Assembly: GCA_965250085.1 (NCBI GenBank)
Contig: OZ252287.1
Location: 64,001 to 128,000, forward strand
Direction: 5' to 3'
Origin: Candidatus Altimarinota bacterium
GTDB taxonomy: Bacteria; Patescibacteriota; Gracilibacteria; CAIRYL01
Length of the DNA stretch: 64,000 bases
Below, piece after piece: positions 1 to 9,364 of the stretch. The notes under the pieces are model-generated. The model saw only the letters and a program-made list of their open reading frames with translations, was not told the DNA's origin and did no database searches. How positions within the stretch are numbered: position 1 is the first letter of the stretch; each line of letters begins with the position of its first letter. A program made the position numbers and the translations under genes.

Positions 1-665
1 TAGGCGAGATCGATATCTTCTTTGTACAGAAACATCAGCTGGTCAAAATATTCGGTCAGATGGGAATCCCGTAGGGGCTCAAAATTTTGAGCCCCTACAA
101 ATGCAATGTCATCCAATGCTTCCTTGCGATACATTACTGCGGCTCCGGAAGCTCCAAATATTTCTCGCTGGGCATCATATTGTCCTGTGTCTTCTTGTCC
201 TTGCCCTTCGTCTTCAAACCGGTGTGATGTATATGCTTTGAGTCCCACGGTATCAATGATATGCGTCTTTCCGTCAGTACCTTTTTCCGCATTCCACTGG
301 TACAGCTTTCCGGTAACTGATCCAATGCGATTGTCACTCTGCATGACTGTCACCAGTTCAGAGACAAAATTTGGCTCCGCAAACATATCCTGATTAAAAC
401 AGAGATAGTACTGCCCTTTCATTTCTCTGATAATCCTATTATGCCCTCCACCAAAACCAAGATTTTTTTCACTTCGATGGACGATAATATCATCGTTCCA
501 TCTTTTCTGAATATACTCTGCATTGTTTTCTGGAGAAGCATTATCAAGTACTCGTACTTCAATATTTGAATACTCTTGTTGGAGAAGAGAAGAAAACAAA
601 GCGTCAAAGTACTTTTTGCCATTGTAGGCAAGAATGCCGATGGTGACCATTGGAGTATCAGTCAA
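1..665 (-). CDS. Glycosyltransferase family 2 (partial, runs off the window start)
   Basis: Not in the ORF track; translated by hand from TTG 665 / ATG 650: VTIGILAYNG...VLDNAS...NLGFGGGHN...CFNQD...GAAVMYR...YKEDIDL, typical GT2 motifs. Directly downstream of rmlA. Confidence 0.9.
   Translation of the reverse strand, partial: MTDTPMVTIGILAYNGKKYFDALFSSLLQQEYSNIEVRVLDNASPENNAEYIQKRWNDDIIVHRSEKNLGFGGGHNRIIREMKGQYYLCFNQDMFAEPNFVSELVTVMQSDNRIGSVTGKLYQWNAEKGTDGKTHIIDTVGLKAYTSHRFEDEGQGQEDTGQYDAQREIFGASGAAVMYRKEALDDIAFVGAQNFEPLRDSHLTEYFDQLMFLYKEDIDLA
71..98. repeat. 28-bp perfect GTAG-type REP-like palindrome inside the GT2 gene
   Basis: GTAGGGGCTCAAAA|TTTTGAGCCCCTAC; reads in frame as VGAQNFEPLR. 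Confidence 0.8.
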
Positions 666-675
666 AGCATGTGTG

Positions 676-1401
676 CTACGATTTCCCTGTTTTCAGCTCC
701 CGAACTTTTTGATTTGCCTGAAAAAGACTCTCAAATGTTCCAGCATCAATCCACTGTTTTTGGAGCTTTTGTGCGACGAGTTTTTTTTCTTCAAGATACT
801 TCTTGTTTACATCAGTAATTTCATATTCTCCACGAGCAGAAGGTTTTAAATTTTGAATCTTTTCGAAAACGGTGTTGTCATAGAAATACATGCCGGTTTG
901 AGCCCAGTTTGACTTTGGATTTTGAGGTTTTTCTTCCAGAGAAAGCACCGTATCTCCTTCCAGTTCCACAACACCTAATCTCTCAGGATCTGAGACTTCG
1001 GTGACAAAAATTTGAGCACCTTCTGTAAAATTTTGAGAAACACTTTTATCAAATTTCTCAAAATAAATATTGTCTCCCAGAATGAGAGCTACATTATCTC
1101 CATTTACAAAATTTTCCGCGATAGAAAGCCCCTGAGCAATTCCAGCAGGTTTTTCTTGAAGAACGTACTCAAACTGAACTCCAAATTCTTTTCCCGCTTG
1201 CAAAAGATCCAAAAAATCCTCCATATGATCGGGTCCACAAACAATCAAAATATTTGTAATCCCTATACTTTTTAGTGTACGAATAGGAAAATAAATCAGT
1301 GGTTCATCATATATTGGTAACAGATGCTTTGAAGTCACTTTTGTGAGTGGACTGAGTCTTGTAGCGCTTCCGCCGGCAAGGATAATTCCTTTTTGGATCA
1401 T
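676..1401 (-). CDS. rmlA: Glucose-1-phosphate thymidylyltransferase (short form)
   Basis: KGIILAGGSATRLSPLT, SKHLLPIYD, LILGDN, EEKP, SARGEYEITD, WIDAGT. Confidence 0.92.
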   Translation of the reverse strand: MIQKGIILAGGSATRLSPLTKVTSKHLLPIYDEPLIYFPIRTLKSIGITNILIVCGPDHMEDFLDLLQAGKEFGVQFEYVLQEKPAGIAQGLSIAENFVNGDNVALILGDNIYFEKFDKSVSQNFTEGAQIFVTEVSDPERLGVVELEGDTVLSLEEKPQNPKSNWAQTGMYFYDNTVFEKIQNLKPSARGEYEITDVNKKYLEEKKLVAQKLQKQWIDAGTFESLFQANQKVRELKTGKS

Positions 1402-1554
1402 ATACAATCGCTATCATTCCAGAGCTGGAATCTATCTACAGTTATTCTAATTCATTATAGAGGTCCATCCAACTAGGATTCTTTTCTTCAATTCAGTTGG
1501 GTTTCTATTTTTCTTCTCCGGCAGGTAAGTTTTGGGTCGCAATGAGAAGAATTA

Positions 1555-1583
1555 TTGACAAAAATATATTTTATTTGTATAAT
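1555..1583 (+). promoter_or_regulatory. Consensus sigma70 promoter of the LRR-like gene
   Basis: TTGACA (1555-1560), 17 nt, TATAAT (1578-1583), 25 nt upstream of ATG 1609. Confidence 0.8.
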
Positions 1584-1608
1584 AATCAACCTCCCTTTGC
1601 AATAATTT

Positions 1609-3045
1609 ATGACAGAAAAGATACCTCACAATACTGTATCACCTCTGGAAGCAGACGAGTTTTTAAAAAAACATGATCTTCATAGAGATTTTTCTCGCCT
1701 CAGGCGGGTTGTCCGTTCAAAGTATTTAGCACTTTTGGCTATCGCCTTAATAGAAACAGGAGCTTGCTCTGACAGAAAAGTTGAAGCAATACAACAGAAT
1801 GTTGCTTCTGAAACGTTGGTTGCTTCGGAAGAAGTGAATGACAACTCTTCTCTGTGGCGAGAATATCCGGATGCAGGACCAGAGAGAGATGCATACATCA
1901 TTGCCCAAATAAAGCAGGGGAATTTTGAGAATATTGAAGATCTCACGATTCTTGACGTATCGACAGCAGAGTTACTTGCTGCTTCTGGAGAAAAGATCCT
2001 TCGCCTTAATAGAGTTAAAAGCCCTGAAGTAGCGCCAATAAAAGCACTGGTTGCTTTTAAAGGAGATTACATTTTTCTTGAGGGCATTGAAAAACCTGAA
2101 GCGGCGCTAATAAAAGAAATGACTGCTTTTCAGGGAAAATGGATTTATCTTAACCCCAAAAACCTTGATACAGCGGCAGTGAAAGCATACGTTGCCCTTC
2201 GGAACGCTATAGTTACCGATGACCGGATCGATTGGATAGAAGCGATGCTAAACAATAGTCTTCACTTGGAGTTTGAAAAAGGCTTTGATTTTGATGTAGA
2301 AAAAGCAGAAGCAGCAGGTGCTTTTCAGGGAGAGAACCTTTCCCTTGGTTTTACAAGCATTGATGCAGCAACAGCAAAAGAGTTGGCCGCTTTTCAGGGA
2401 GAGAACCTTTCCCTTGGTTTTACAAGCATTGATGCAGCAACAGCAAAAGAGTTGGCCGCTTTTCAGGGAAGTTACTTTTCCCTTAATGGTCTTACAAGTA
2501 TTGATGCAGCAACAGCGAAAGAACTAGCTGCTTTTGGAGGTGATTCTCTTTTGCTTAACGGTCTTACAAGTATTAGAGCGGACATAGCCGAAGAATCAGC
2601 TGTTTTTCAGGAAAGTCACTTTTTCCTTGATGGTCTTGAAAGCATTGATGCAGCAACAGCAAAAGAGTTGGCCGCTTTTCAGGGAGAGAACCTTTCCCTT
2701 GGTTTTACAAGCATTGATGCAGCAATAGCGAAAGAATTAGCTACTTGTAGAGGAGATCCCCTTTTCTTTGCGGAAGCAGCAATAGCGAAAGAACTAGCTG
2801 CTTTTGGAGGTGATTACCTTTCCCTTGGTCTTACAAGCATTGGTGCAGCAATAGCGAAAGAACTAGCTGCTTTTGGAGGTGATTCTCTTTTGCTTAATGA
2901 TCTTATAAGTATTAAAGCGGACGTAGCGGAAAAGTTGGCTGCTTTTAAAGGAAGTCACCTTTCCCTTAGTAGCCTCGATGAGAAAAGCAAAGCAAAACTA
3001 AGGTACGAACAAAGAAAAATAAAAAAAAATAAGAATCATTCCTAA
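1609..3045 (+). CDS. Leucine-rich-repeat-like protein with ~24-25 aa repeats and an N-terminal hydrophobic/lipobox-like segment
   Basis: About 9-10 repeats of L(S/F)L(N)G(L/F)TSIDAA(T/I)AKELAAF(Q/G)G; YLALLAIALIETGAC near the N-terminus. Confidence 0.8.
   Translation: MTEKIPHNTVSPLEADEFLKKHDLHRDFSRLRRVVRSKYLALLAIALIETGACSDRKVEAIQQNVASETLVASEEVNDNSSLWREYPDAGPERDAYIIAQIKQGNFENIEDLTILDVSTAELLAASGEKILRLNRVKSPEVAPIKALVAFKGDYIFLEGIEKPEAALIKEMTAFQGKWIYLNPKNLDTAAVKAYVALRNAIVTDDRIDWIEAMLNNSLHLEFEKGFDFDVEKAEAAGAFQGENLSLGFTSIDAATAKELAAFQGENLSLGFTSIDAATAKELAAFQGSYFSLNGLTSIDAATAKELAAFGGDSLLLNGLTSIRADIAEESAVFQESHFFLDGLESIDAATAKELAAFQGENLSLGFTSIDAAIAKELATCRGDPLFFAEAAIAKELAAFGGDYLSLGLTSIGAAIAKELAAFGGDSLLLNDLISIKADVAEKLAAFKGSHLSLSSLDEKSKAKLRYEQRKIKKNKNHS
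2320..2960 (+). repeat. Intragenic tandem repeat array (72-75 bp units)
   Basis: Near-identical units gcttttcagggagagaacctttcccttggttttacaagcattgatgcagcaacagcaaaagagttggcc at ~2320, ~2390 and ~2674, plus degenerate variants. Confidence 0.85.
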
Positions 3046-3154
3046 AAACTACTTTTATCGCAACAAAGTTGTTGTAGTGATTGTTTCTTTATTTATCCAA
3101 GCTGTAATTTCCCAATCTTATTCGTGAAGAGCTAGAACAAGCTTCGCAACGACA

Positions 3155-3997
3155 TTAATTTTTTAGAAATTCTTGCAGCATATCCTGCCAGCTTGGGAGC
3201 TGAGGCAGTTTTGTATTTAGAAGCACTGATGAAAGAGGGCGCTCAGCCGCTTGTTCAAATTTATTTGAAGGAACAGGATTCATGGTGATGCTTTGCCCAG
3301 TTATTCGAAAAATTTGATCTGCAAAATCATGCCATGATGGAGGAATGTCTCCTACTTCAGAAACAGCGTGATATATTCCTGGAGCCTGTGGTGTATGTAT
3401 GAAATCAGCAATGACCTTTGCTACATATTTACTCCAGGTAGGATTACCAAACTGATCATTCACTATCTTCAATGCTTCCCTTTTTTTTGCCAGTTGCAGT
3501 ACACGGATAACAAAATTGGGACCATAGGGTCCATAGAGCCAGGCAGTGCGAATGATATATGTTTTTTCCCATGCACTCAGTGCAGCATCTTCTCCATCAC
3601 TTTTGGTTTTTCCATAAAAATTAATGGGATGTTTTACATCATCTTCCAAAAATTTTGCCTCTTTGCTCTGCCCACTGAAGACAAAGTCTGTAGAGACGTG
3701 AAAAAAGGGAATATCAAGCTTCTTACATCCTCTTGCCATTGCCCTAGGGGCATCAATATTTATCTTCTGTATCGATTCTTGAAATTTTGAATTTTCTGCT
3801 TTATCTACTGCAGTCCATGCGGCGGCATTGATCACTGCATGAGGAGTATATTTTTCTATCTCTGGAATAATGAAGCTTGTGTGTTCCAGATCCAGATGCC
3901 CTTGGTCCAGTGGAATGATTTCGAATGTGTCTTCATAGTCATATACAAACTGCATTCCCAGCATTCCCTGTGCACCAAAGAGGAGGATTTTTTTCAT
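3155..3997 (-). CDS. rmlD: dTDP-4-dehydrorhamnose reductase
   Basis: True start MKKILLFGAQGMLG (ATG 3997); NAAAWTAVDKAE, STDFVF, YGKTK, RTAWLYG, DQFGNPT. Confidence 0.93.
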   Translation of the reverse strand: MKKILLFGAQGMLGMQFVYDYEDTFEIIPLDQGHLDLEHTSFIIPEIEKYTPHAVINAAAWTAVDKAENSKFQESIQKINIDAPRAMARGCKKLDIPFFHVSTDFVFSGQSKEAKFLEDDVKHPINFYGKTKSDGEDAALSAWEKTYIIRTAWLYGPYGPNFVIRVLQLAKKREALKIVNDQFGNPTWSKYVAKVIADFIHTPQAPGIYHAVSEVGDIPPSWHDFADQIFRITGQSITMNPVPSNKFEQAAERPLSSVLLNTKLPQLPSWQDMLQEFLKN

Positions 3998-4845
3998 TCT
4001 CTTGATTCGAAAAACGTTTTGATAATAACAGTGGAGAGAATGATCATACCACCCAAAAAGACCCGAGAAGGAGGAATTTCCTGGAGAAGGAAGACAGCAA
4101 ATAGGATTCCATAAATCGGTTGTACACTTGCCAGGATTCCAACGGTTCCTGCCTTGAGTTCTTTCAAACTTTTGACATAACAAGTGTGAGCGATAGCAGT
4201 GGTAAAGATCACCATAAACAGCAGATACCAGATATTATTTCCAGAAATGTCGAGTGGGGCAGACCATGGCAACAGGACGAGAGCAACCACCACAATCTGG
4301 TACCACATGACGGTGCTGCTGGGATACTGGCGCACATATTTTCTGCTGAGCACATTTCTGAGCGCAAAACAGAGCGCGGAAAGCAGCCCAAACAGAGCTC
4401 CTTGAGTCATATTATTCCCCAAATCAAACTCCGGAACGATCAAAATAATACCGACAAGTGCCGCACAAGCTGCAATGACATCTGAGACATGTACTTTTTC
4501 CTTCAAAAATACTGCTTCCAGAAATACGCTCATAAGTGGATAGGTAAAAAGCGAAATCCATCCCACGGCAACGGTAGAGATTTGCACGGCGTGAAATACG
4601 GTGACCCAGTGTGCGCAGAGCAATGCTCCGATCGCAAACATCATCACGTAGTCTTGTTTTTTGTTGAGGAGCAGTTTTTGCTTTTTTATCGCAAAATATC
4701 CCAAAAGGAGTATCGCTGCAAAGACCGATCGCCAGAACATAATCAGAAATGCTGGCATAGTGATGAGCTTTACCAGTATGGGGTTACAAGCAAAGAGGAG
4801 GCTAGCGGTATTGAGTTCGACAAGAGCTCTGGTTTTTGGTTTCAT
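3994..4845 (-). CDS. EamA/DMT family transporter
   Basis: About 10 TM segments in two EamA repeats; likely start MKPKTR (ATG 4845); ATGA overlap with rmlD. Confidence 0.88.
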   Translation of the reverse strand: MKPKTRALVELNTASLLFACNPILVKLITMPAFLIMFWRSVFAAILLLGYFAIKKQKLLLNKKQDYVMMFAIGALLCAHWVTVFHAVQISTVAVGWISLFTYPLMSVFLEAVFLKEKVHVSDVIAACAALVGIILIVPEFDLGNNMTQGALFGLLSALCFALRNVLSRKYVRQYPSSTVMWYQIVVVALVLLPWSAPLDISGNNIWYLLFMVIFTTAIAHTCYVKSLKELKAGTVGILASVQPIYGILFAVFLLQEIPPSRVFLGGMIILSTVIIKTFFESRE

Positions 4846-4923
4846 ATAGTCATTATGGCATGGTCTATTAAATATTGACAAAATTTGTTTATTTTGTAAA
4901 AATAAATTTCTATATTTAACAAT

Positions 4924-6234
4924 ATGCAAGCGGTTCCGGAAGCATCTCGTGGCATAGATCATACTCAGCATCCGTACACAGATGAATTTTTGCCATATGC
5001 AAGAAAATATGGATGCAAGATTGGTGGATTAAAATTTATTCAGGAACGTATTCCTGAATTGGCACATCATGTATTACCCATGGATGTGTTACAACCTCAT
5101 GAAGAATGGGGAGAGAGAAAACCGTCTCCTCATCCCCATGCAAAGGGGCATATTATTCGCGCATCACATTTTAATGATGGATTTGGACTCGTGGATGTAC
5201 TTCCAACTTATACGACCGAATATGATGAAGATGAGAAAGAAGGGGCGATTTCTGAGAAAATTGCTAGGACTGTAGAATTCACACAAGTCAAATGTGCGGC
5301 TCAGAAGATAACAGCCTATGCAGAATATGAAAATCCAGAATATGACGGAGAAGTAGTAATAGGAATACAACCATTTATGCCTCATTATGTGGCATCGCGA
5401 CTCTCCATTGTGGAGCATCCTAATCAACCAGATGTGTTTATAGCCTCTGAAAGACAAAGTAGGATGATGATAGAAACTGCAGAGTACGATGCAAATGGAG
5501 ATCGCATAAGACGATTAGGATCAGATGATATTGAGTTACTAAGCTCTCTCAAACAAGAGCTCAAAGCTTTCGATTTGCTGAGGAGTAGAATGTTTCAAGG
5601 TGATATAGCAATTGAGGTAGAGCAATTGCGCTCTCAAGATTCTTTTAGGGATTATTTAGAAGATTTTTACATTGCTCAAGTGCGAGCATTTGCTCGAAAA
5701 CAAGTTGCAAATTTTTGTCTTCTGCCCCAAGAAAACAACAGAAAGTTTCCTCTTGTTTTTGGAGTGACTCCCCCAGAGGGAATCGTGACCCCAGTATATT
5801 GTTCAGAAAGCGTATCAGAGTGTATTCCGGAAAATATGCCAAGAGATTGGGCATTGATACGTTTAAATCATAGGGATCCGTCAAAATTTTGTTTTCAGCC
5901 TCAAGGAATACAGGCATATATAGTGGACAGATCCTTTGGAAGTGGTAATAGGATAACCATTGAACATAACCACACTGAGTTTATCCAAAAAAGTGGCATC
6001 ACTATATTTGACAATAAGGGATACACAATGAGACCCTTTTATATGAGAGAAAGCATATCTGGTGACGTTCTTGAAAGGGGACTTACCGGGAAAAAAATGA
6101 GAATTATTTGCGATGGAAGAGACGCTGTTGTCGAACTTTTCGAGGAACCACGGAAGAAAGAATTTGGTGACGTGATAATAGAAAAATTTCTCAGATGGTT
6201 AAAACAATGGAGGAGAAAAGTGACTCAAAAATAG
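4924..6234 (+). CDS. Hypothetical protein, possibly a divergent PEP-utilizer (PPDK_N ATP-grasp plus His-swivel)
   Basis: GCKIGGL, IIRASH..DG, IGIQPFM, FYIAQVR, EHNH...SGI and RIICDG appear in the order of PEP synthase/PPDK-family motifs; TTGACA at 4875. Confidence 0.55.
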   Translation: MQAVPEASRGIDHTQHPYTDEFLPYARKYGCKIGGLKFIQERIPELAHHVLPMDVLQPHEEWGERKPSPHPHAKGHIIRASHFNDGFGLVDVLPTYTTEYDEDEKEGAISEKIARTVEFTQVKCAAQKITAYAEYENPEYDGEVVIGIQPFMPHYVASRLSIVEHPNQPDVFIASERQSRMMIETAEYDANGDRIRRLGSDDIELLSSLKQELKAFDLLRSRMFQGDIAIEVEQLRSQDSFRDYLEDFYIAQVRAFARKQVANFCLLPQENNRKFPLVFGVTPPEGIVTPVYCSESVSECIPENMPRDWALIRLNHRDPSKFCFQPQGIQAYIVDRSFGSGNRITIEHNHTEFIQKSGITIFDNKGYTMRPFYMRESISGDVLERGLTGKKMRIICDGRDAVVELFEEPRKKEFGDVIIEKFLRWLKQWRRKVTQK

Positions 6235-6277
6235 TTTTCTGACACAATAGGAGAGTTCATAGTAAAAAGTTCATACG

Positions 6278-8383
6278 GTGAAAAAGATAGCTCTGAGTAC
6301 ATCACTTTCAACCTCCAATCTCCACACCACGCGGAAGTATTTGGATTTACTAGCAGAGATCGGAGTTATGACAGGAGAAGATCTCCTCACGTATTTTCCT
6401 CGAGAATATGAGGATCACACAAAAGTAACAGAATTTGCAGATCTCAGAGCGGATCAAAAGAATGTGCTGAAGGGGACATTCTCTATGGTTCGAAGACAAA
6501 AAACGCGGAATCGGATGGTGCTGGTCAAAGCACTGCTGACGGATGAAGAGGGGAATGGTCTGGAATGTGTGTGGTTTAACCAGCCCTATCTGCATACGAT
6601 GATACCCGTCGGGAAACCAATGATTGTGGTCGGAAAGGCAAAATTGAGCTATGGAAAAATTTCACTTCAAAGCCCTACATTTGAAGAAGTCGGGGAAGAC
6701 ACCGTGCATACCGGGCGTATAGTTCCTATTTATCGAGAACACGGAAAGCTCACGAGTCTCTGGTTTCGAAAAAAAATATACCCACTTTTAGACACAGTGC
6801 AAACAGTCCCCAATGTACTTCCAGAAGACGTAATCGAATCTGAAAAATTTTTATCAAAACACGAAGCAGTGCTAGAAATACACTTCCCCACTTCTTCAGA
6901 CAAACTCGAACAGGCAAAACAAACACTGGCATTTGAAGAGCTTTTCTTACTTCAGTTGGCATCTCTGGAACGAAAAAGGATATGGAAAGAAAGCGCGTCT
7001 GAGTCTCATCATCCCATAAAACTTAATGCAGAATTGCAAAAACGATTTTTCGCTCATCTTTCGTTTACTCCTACAGACTCTCAAAAGATTTCCATTTTTG
7101 AGATTCTCAAAGATATGGAAGCATCTACCCCTATGCTGCGGCTTCTGGAAGGAGATGTGGGGAGTGGCAAGACAGTAGTCGCAATCGCTGCAGCACTGGC
7201 GGCAATACAAACTGGATATCAAGTGGCCCTTATGGCACCCACAGAAATACTCGCACAGCAACATGCAGAAAGTATTGCCCAAATGCTCAAGGGATTTGAA
7301 ATCACAAAAGAAGGAAAAAACTCTTTATTGAATAAAAATAGTGATCAAGAACAAGAAATTTATACAAACTTATTGACGGGTTCAGTAAAAGGAAAAAAAA
7401 GAGAGCAAATCTTACAAGATCTCAGGTTTGGAAATATTGATCTTCTCGTTGGCACGCATGCTCTTATTGAAGAGAAGGTTGTCTTTCAAAATCTCGGACT
7501 TGCGATTATTGATGAACAACATCGCTTTGGTGTAAAACAGAGAGAAAAGCTTGTAAAACACGGCTCGCCACACCTGCTCCAAATGACCGCTACGCCCATT
7601 CCTCGAACCCTTGCTATTGTGGCGTTTGGAGATCAGGACCTCTCAGTGCTTACCGAAATGCCCCCTGGGAGAAAGCCAGTACACACCAAAGTTGTTCCCC
7701 CAAGCGGTCGCAGCCAAATAGAACGATTTATCGAATCTGAAGTTCAGAAAAAAAGACAGTGTTTTGTAATCTGTCCGCTTGTTTCTGAATCAGAAAAAAT
7801 AGAAGTAAAAGCGGCAGAAGAAGAATTTATCCGCCTTCAGAAAGAAGTATTTCCTCATCTCAAACTCGCCCTTATTCATGGGCGAATGAAATCATCTGAA
7901 AAAGATGCCATCATGGTGGCATTCAAGAACCAAGAGTATGATGTATTGGTATCTACTTCGGTCATCGAAGTAGGAATTGACATTCCGAATGCTACTATTA
8001 TTTTGATTGAAGGAGCAGAACGATTTGGACTTTCTCAGCTCCATCAGTTTCGTGGTCGAGTGGGGAGGGGAGAGGCACAGTCCTATTGTTTCCTGTTTCC
8101 CACGAATCAACCTACCGAAAGACTCAGGGCAATGGAAAAGGTCATCGATGGATTCAAACTGGCGGAAATAGATCTCAAGCTCCGCGGACCCGGAGCTATT
8201 TTTGGCATTCGCCAGAGCGGTCTTCCAGATCTCAAAATGGCTAATTTTTCTGATGGGAGGCTCGTGGTTCGCGCTCGCAAAGAAGCTGAAAATTTTTTAG
8301 AAGAGAAAGGCGGATTTGGCGCCTTTCCATTATTGGAAAAAAAGGTGCAAAAGATGAATGCAGGAATGGCACAAGGAGGGTAA
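6278..8383 (+). CDS. recG: ATP-dependent DNA helicase RecG
   Basis: RLLEGDVGSGKT, MAPTEILAQQH, DEQHRFGV, MTATPIPRTL, QLHQFRGRVGRG, DGFKLAEIDLKLRGPG. Confidence 0.97.
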   Translation: MKKIALSTSLSTSNLHTTRKYLDLLAEIGVMTGEDLLTYFPREYEDHTKVTEFADLRADQKNVLKGTFSMVRRQKTRNRMVLVKALLTDEEGNGLECVWFNQPYLHTMIPVGKPMIVVGKAKLSYGKISLQSPTFEEVGEDTVHTGRIVPIYREHGKLTSLWFRKKIYPLLDTVQTVPNVLPEDVIESEKFLSKHEAVLEIHFPTSSDKLEQAKQTLAFEELFLLQLASLERKRIWKESASESHHPIKLNAELQKRFFAHLSFTPTDSQKISIFEILKDMEASTPMLRLLEGDVGSGKTVVAIAAALAAIQTGYQVALMAPTEILAQQHAESIAQMLKGFEITKEGKNSLLNKNSDQEQEIYTNLLTGSVKGKKREQILQDLRFGNIDLLVGTHALIEEKVVFQNLGLAIIDEQHRFGVKQREKLVKHGSPHLLQMTATPIPRTLAIVAFGDQDLSVLTEMPPGRKPVHTKVVPPSGRSQIERFIESEVQKKRQCFVICPLVSESEKIEVKAAEEEFIRLQKEVFPHLKLALIHGRMKSSEKDAIMVAFKNQEYDVLVSTSVIEVGIDIPNATIILIEGAERFGLSQLHQFRGRVGRGEAQSYCFLFPTNQPTERLRAMEKVIDGFKLAEIDLKLRGPGAIFGIRQSGLPDLKMANFSDGRLVVRARKEAENFLEEKGGFGAFPLLEKKVQKMNAGMAQGG

Positions 8384-8388
8384 TTTTA

Positions 8389-8455
8389 TTCCTCCCTTAG
8401 TAAGGGAGGCTAGGTGGGTTTTAACCCCTTTAATCCCCCTTTTCAAAAGGGGGAA
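8389..8455. repeat. Composite small palindromic repeat, family A (two opposed CCCTT-AAGGG hairpin units)
   Basis: cctcccttagtaagggaggctaggtgggttt...tcccccttttcaaaaggggga; near-identical copy at 9297-9361. Confidence 0.85.
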
Positions 8456-8460
8456 GGAAA

Positions 8461-9273
8461 TTACAAATAGCGCTGGAAGGTGAGGCACTTGAGTCCTCCT
8501 CCGAATTTGAGAAATTCACTGATATCGGTGTAGTGAATTGTAAAACCTCTTTTTTTCAGTATGTTTCCAAAATCTCTGGCTCCGGTATGCATAATAATGT
8601 CATTTTCCAGAGCAACAGAATTAAGACCAAAACTCATCACATCTTTTTCTGACACAACCAGTATCTCTGCATCCAGATGCGTCAATTTCTCTTGAGACTC
8701 CTCAGTCATAGCGTCTGGATATACCGCTATCAGATCAGTGCTAATAGGAAACAATACAGTATCGAGATGATACAATCGAGGATCAATAAGCTTAAATCCA
8801 ATAGTTTCCATATCAAAATATTCACGGAGATAGGGGACTATGCTTGGAGATGATCTTTGTCCATATCCCACCAGGATTTTGTCTTTCCAGACCATAGTTT
8901 CTCCCGATCCTTCATAGACCATTCCTTCTGGAACTCGCATTCCCTGTATTCCCTGCTGAGCACAATACTCCATCACATATTCGGTTTCTGCATATCTCTG
9001 TTTCATGGCAAGACGTGAAAATACCGCTTTGCCTTTGTATGCAAACACGCTATCTCCAAAATAGCAGAGCTCAGTGAGTCCTTCTTGAGGAGGAATAATA
9101 TGTACACTTTCAGGAGCCAATTTTTTATAAATATTTACCAGATCTTTCCACTGCTGCAGTGCTTTCCCTTGAGAAAAATCTGCGTGCACATCCATCCATG
9201 GATTGATTTCATATTTCAGTTCCAAAAAATCTGGAGAACAGAGGTAGAGTTTACGCTGAGGGTTGAGATTCAT
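8461..9273 (-). CDS. Amidinotransferase/DDAH-like (pentein) enzyme
   Basis: YEINPWM, EGSGE, LYHLDT, EFLKFGGGLKCLT (catalytic His/Asp/Cys). Confidence 0.88.
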   Translation of the reverse strand: MNLNPQRKLYLCSPDFLELKYEINPWMDVHADFSQGKALQQWKDLVNIYKKLAPESVHIIPPQEGLTELCYFGDSVFAYKGKAVFSRLAMKQRYAETEYVMEYCAQQGIQGMRVPEGMVYEGSGETMVWKDKILVGYGQRSSPSIVPYLREYFDMETIGFKLIDPRLYHLDTVLFPISTDLIAVYPDAMTEESQEKLTHLDAEILVVSEKDVMSFGLNSVALENDIIMHTGARDFGNILKKRGFTIHYTDISEFLKFGGGLKCLTFQRYL

Positions 9274-9296
9274 TGCTGGGATAAAAAGAATTGAAA

Positions 9297-9361
9297 TTCC
9301 TCCCTTAACAAGGGAGGCTAGGTGGGATTAAACCCCCTCAATCCCCCTTTTCAAGGGGGAA
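9297..9361. repeat. Composite small palindromic repeat, family A
   Basis: ttcctcccttaacaagggaggctaggtgggattaaaccccctcaatcccccttttcaaggggga. Confidence 0.85.
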
Positions 9362-9364
9362 GTT

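Noticed and set aside
2320-2960. CRISPR-like periodic repeats
   Set aside because: Units are contiguous, codon-phased coding repeats with no unique spacers, and there are no cas genes.
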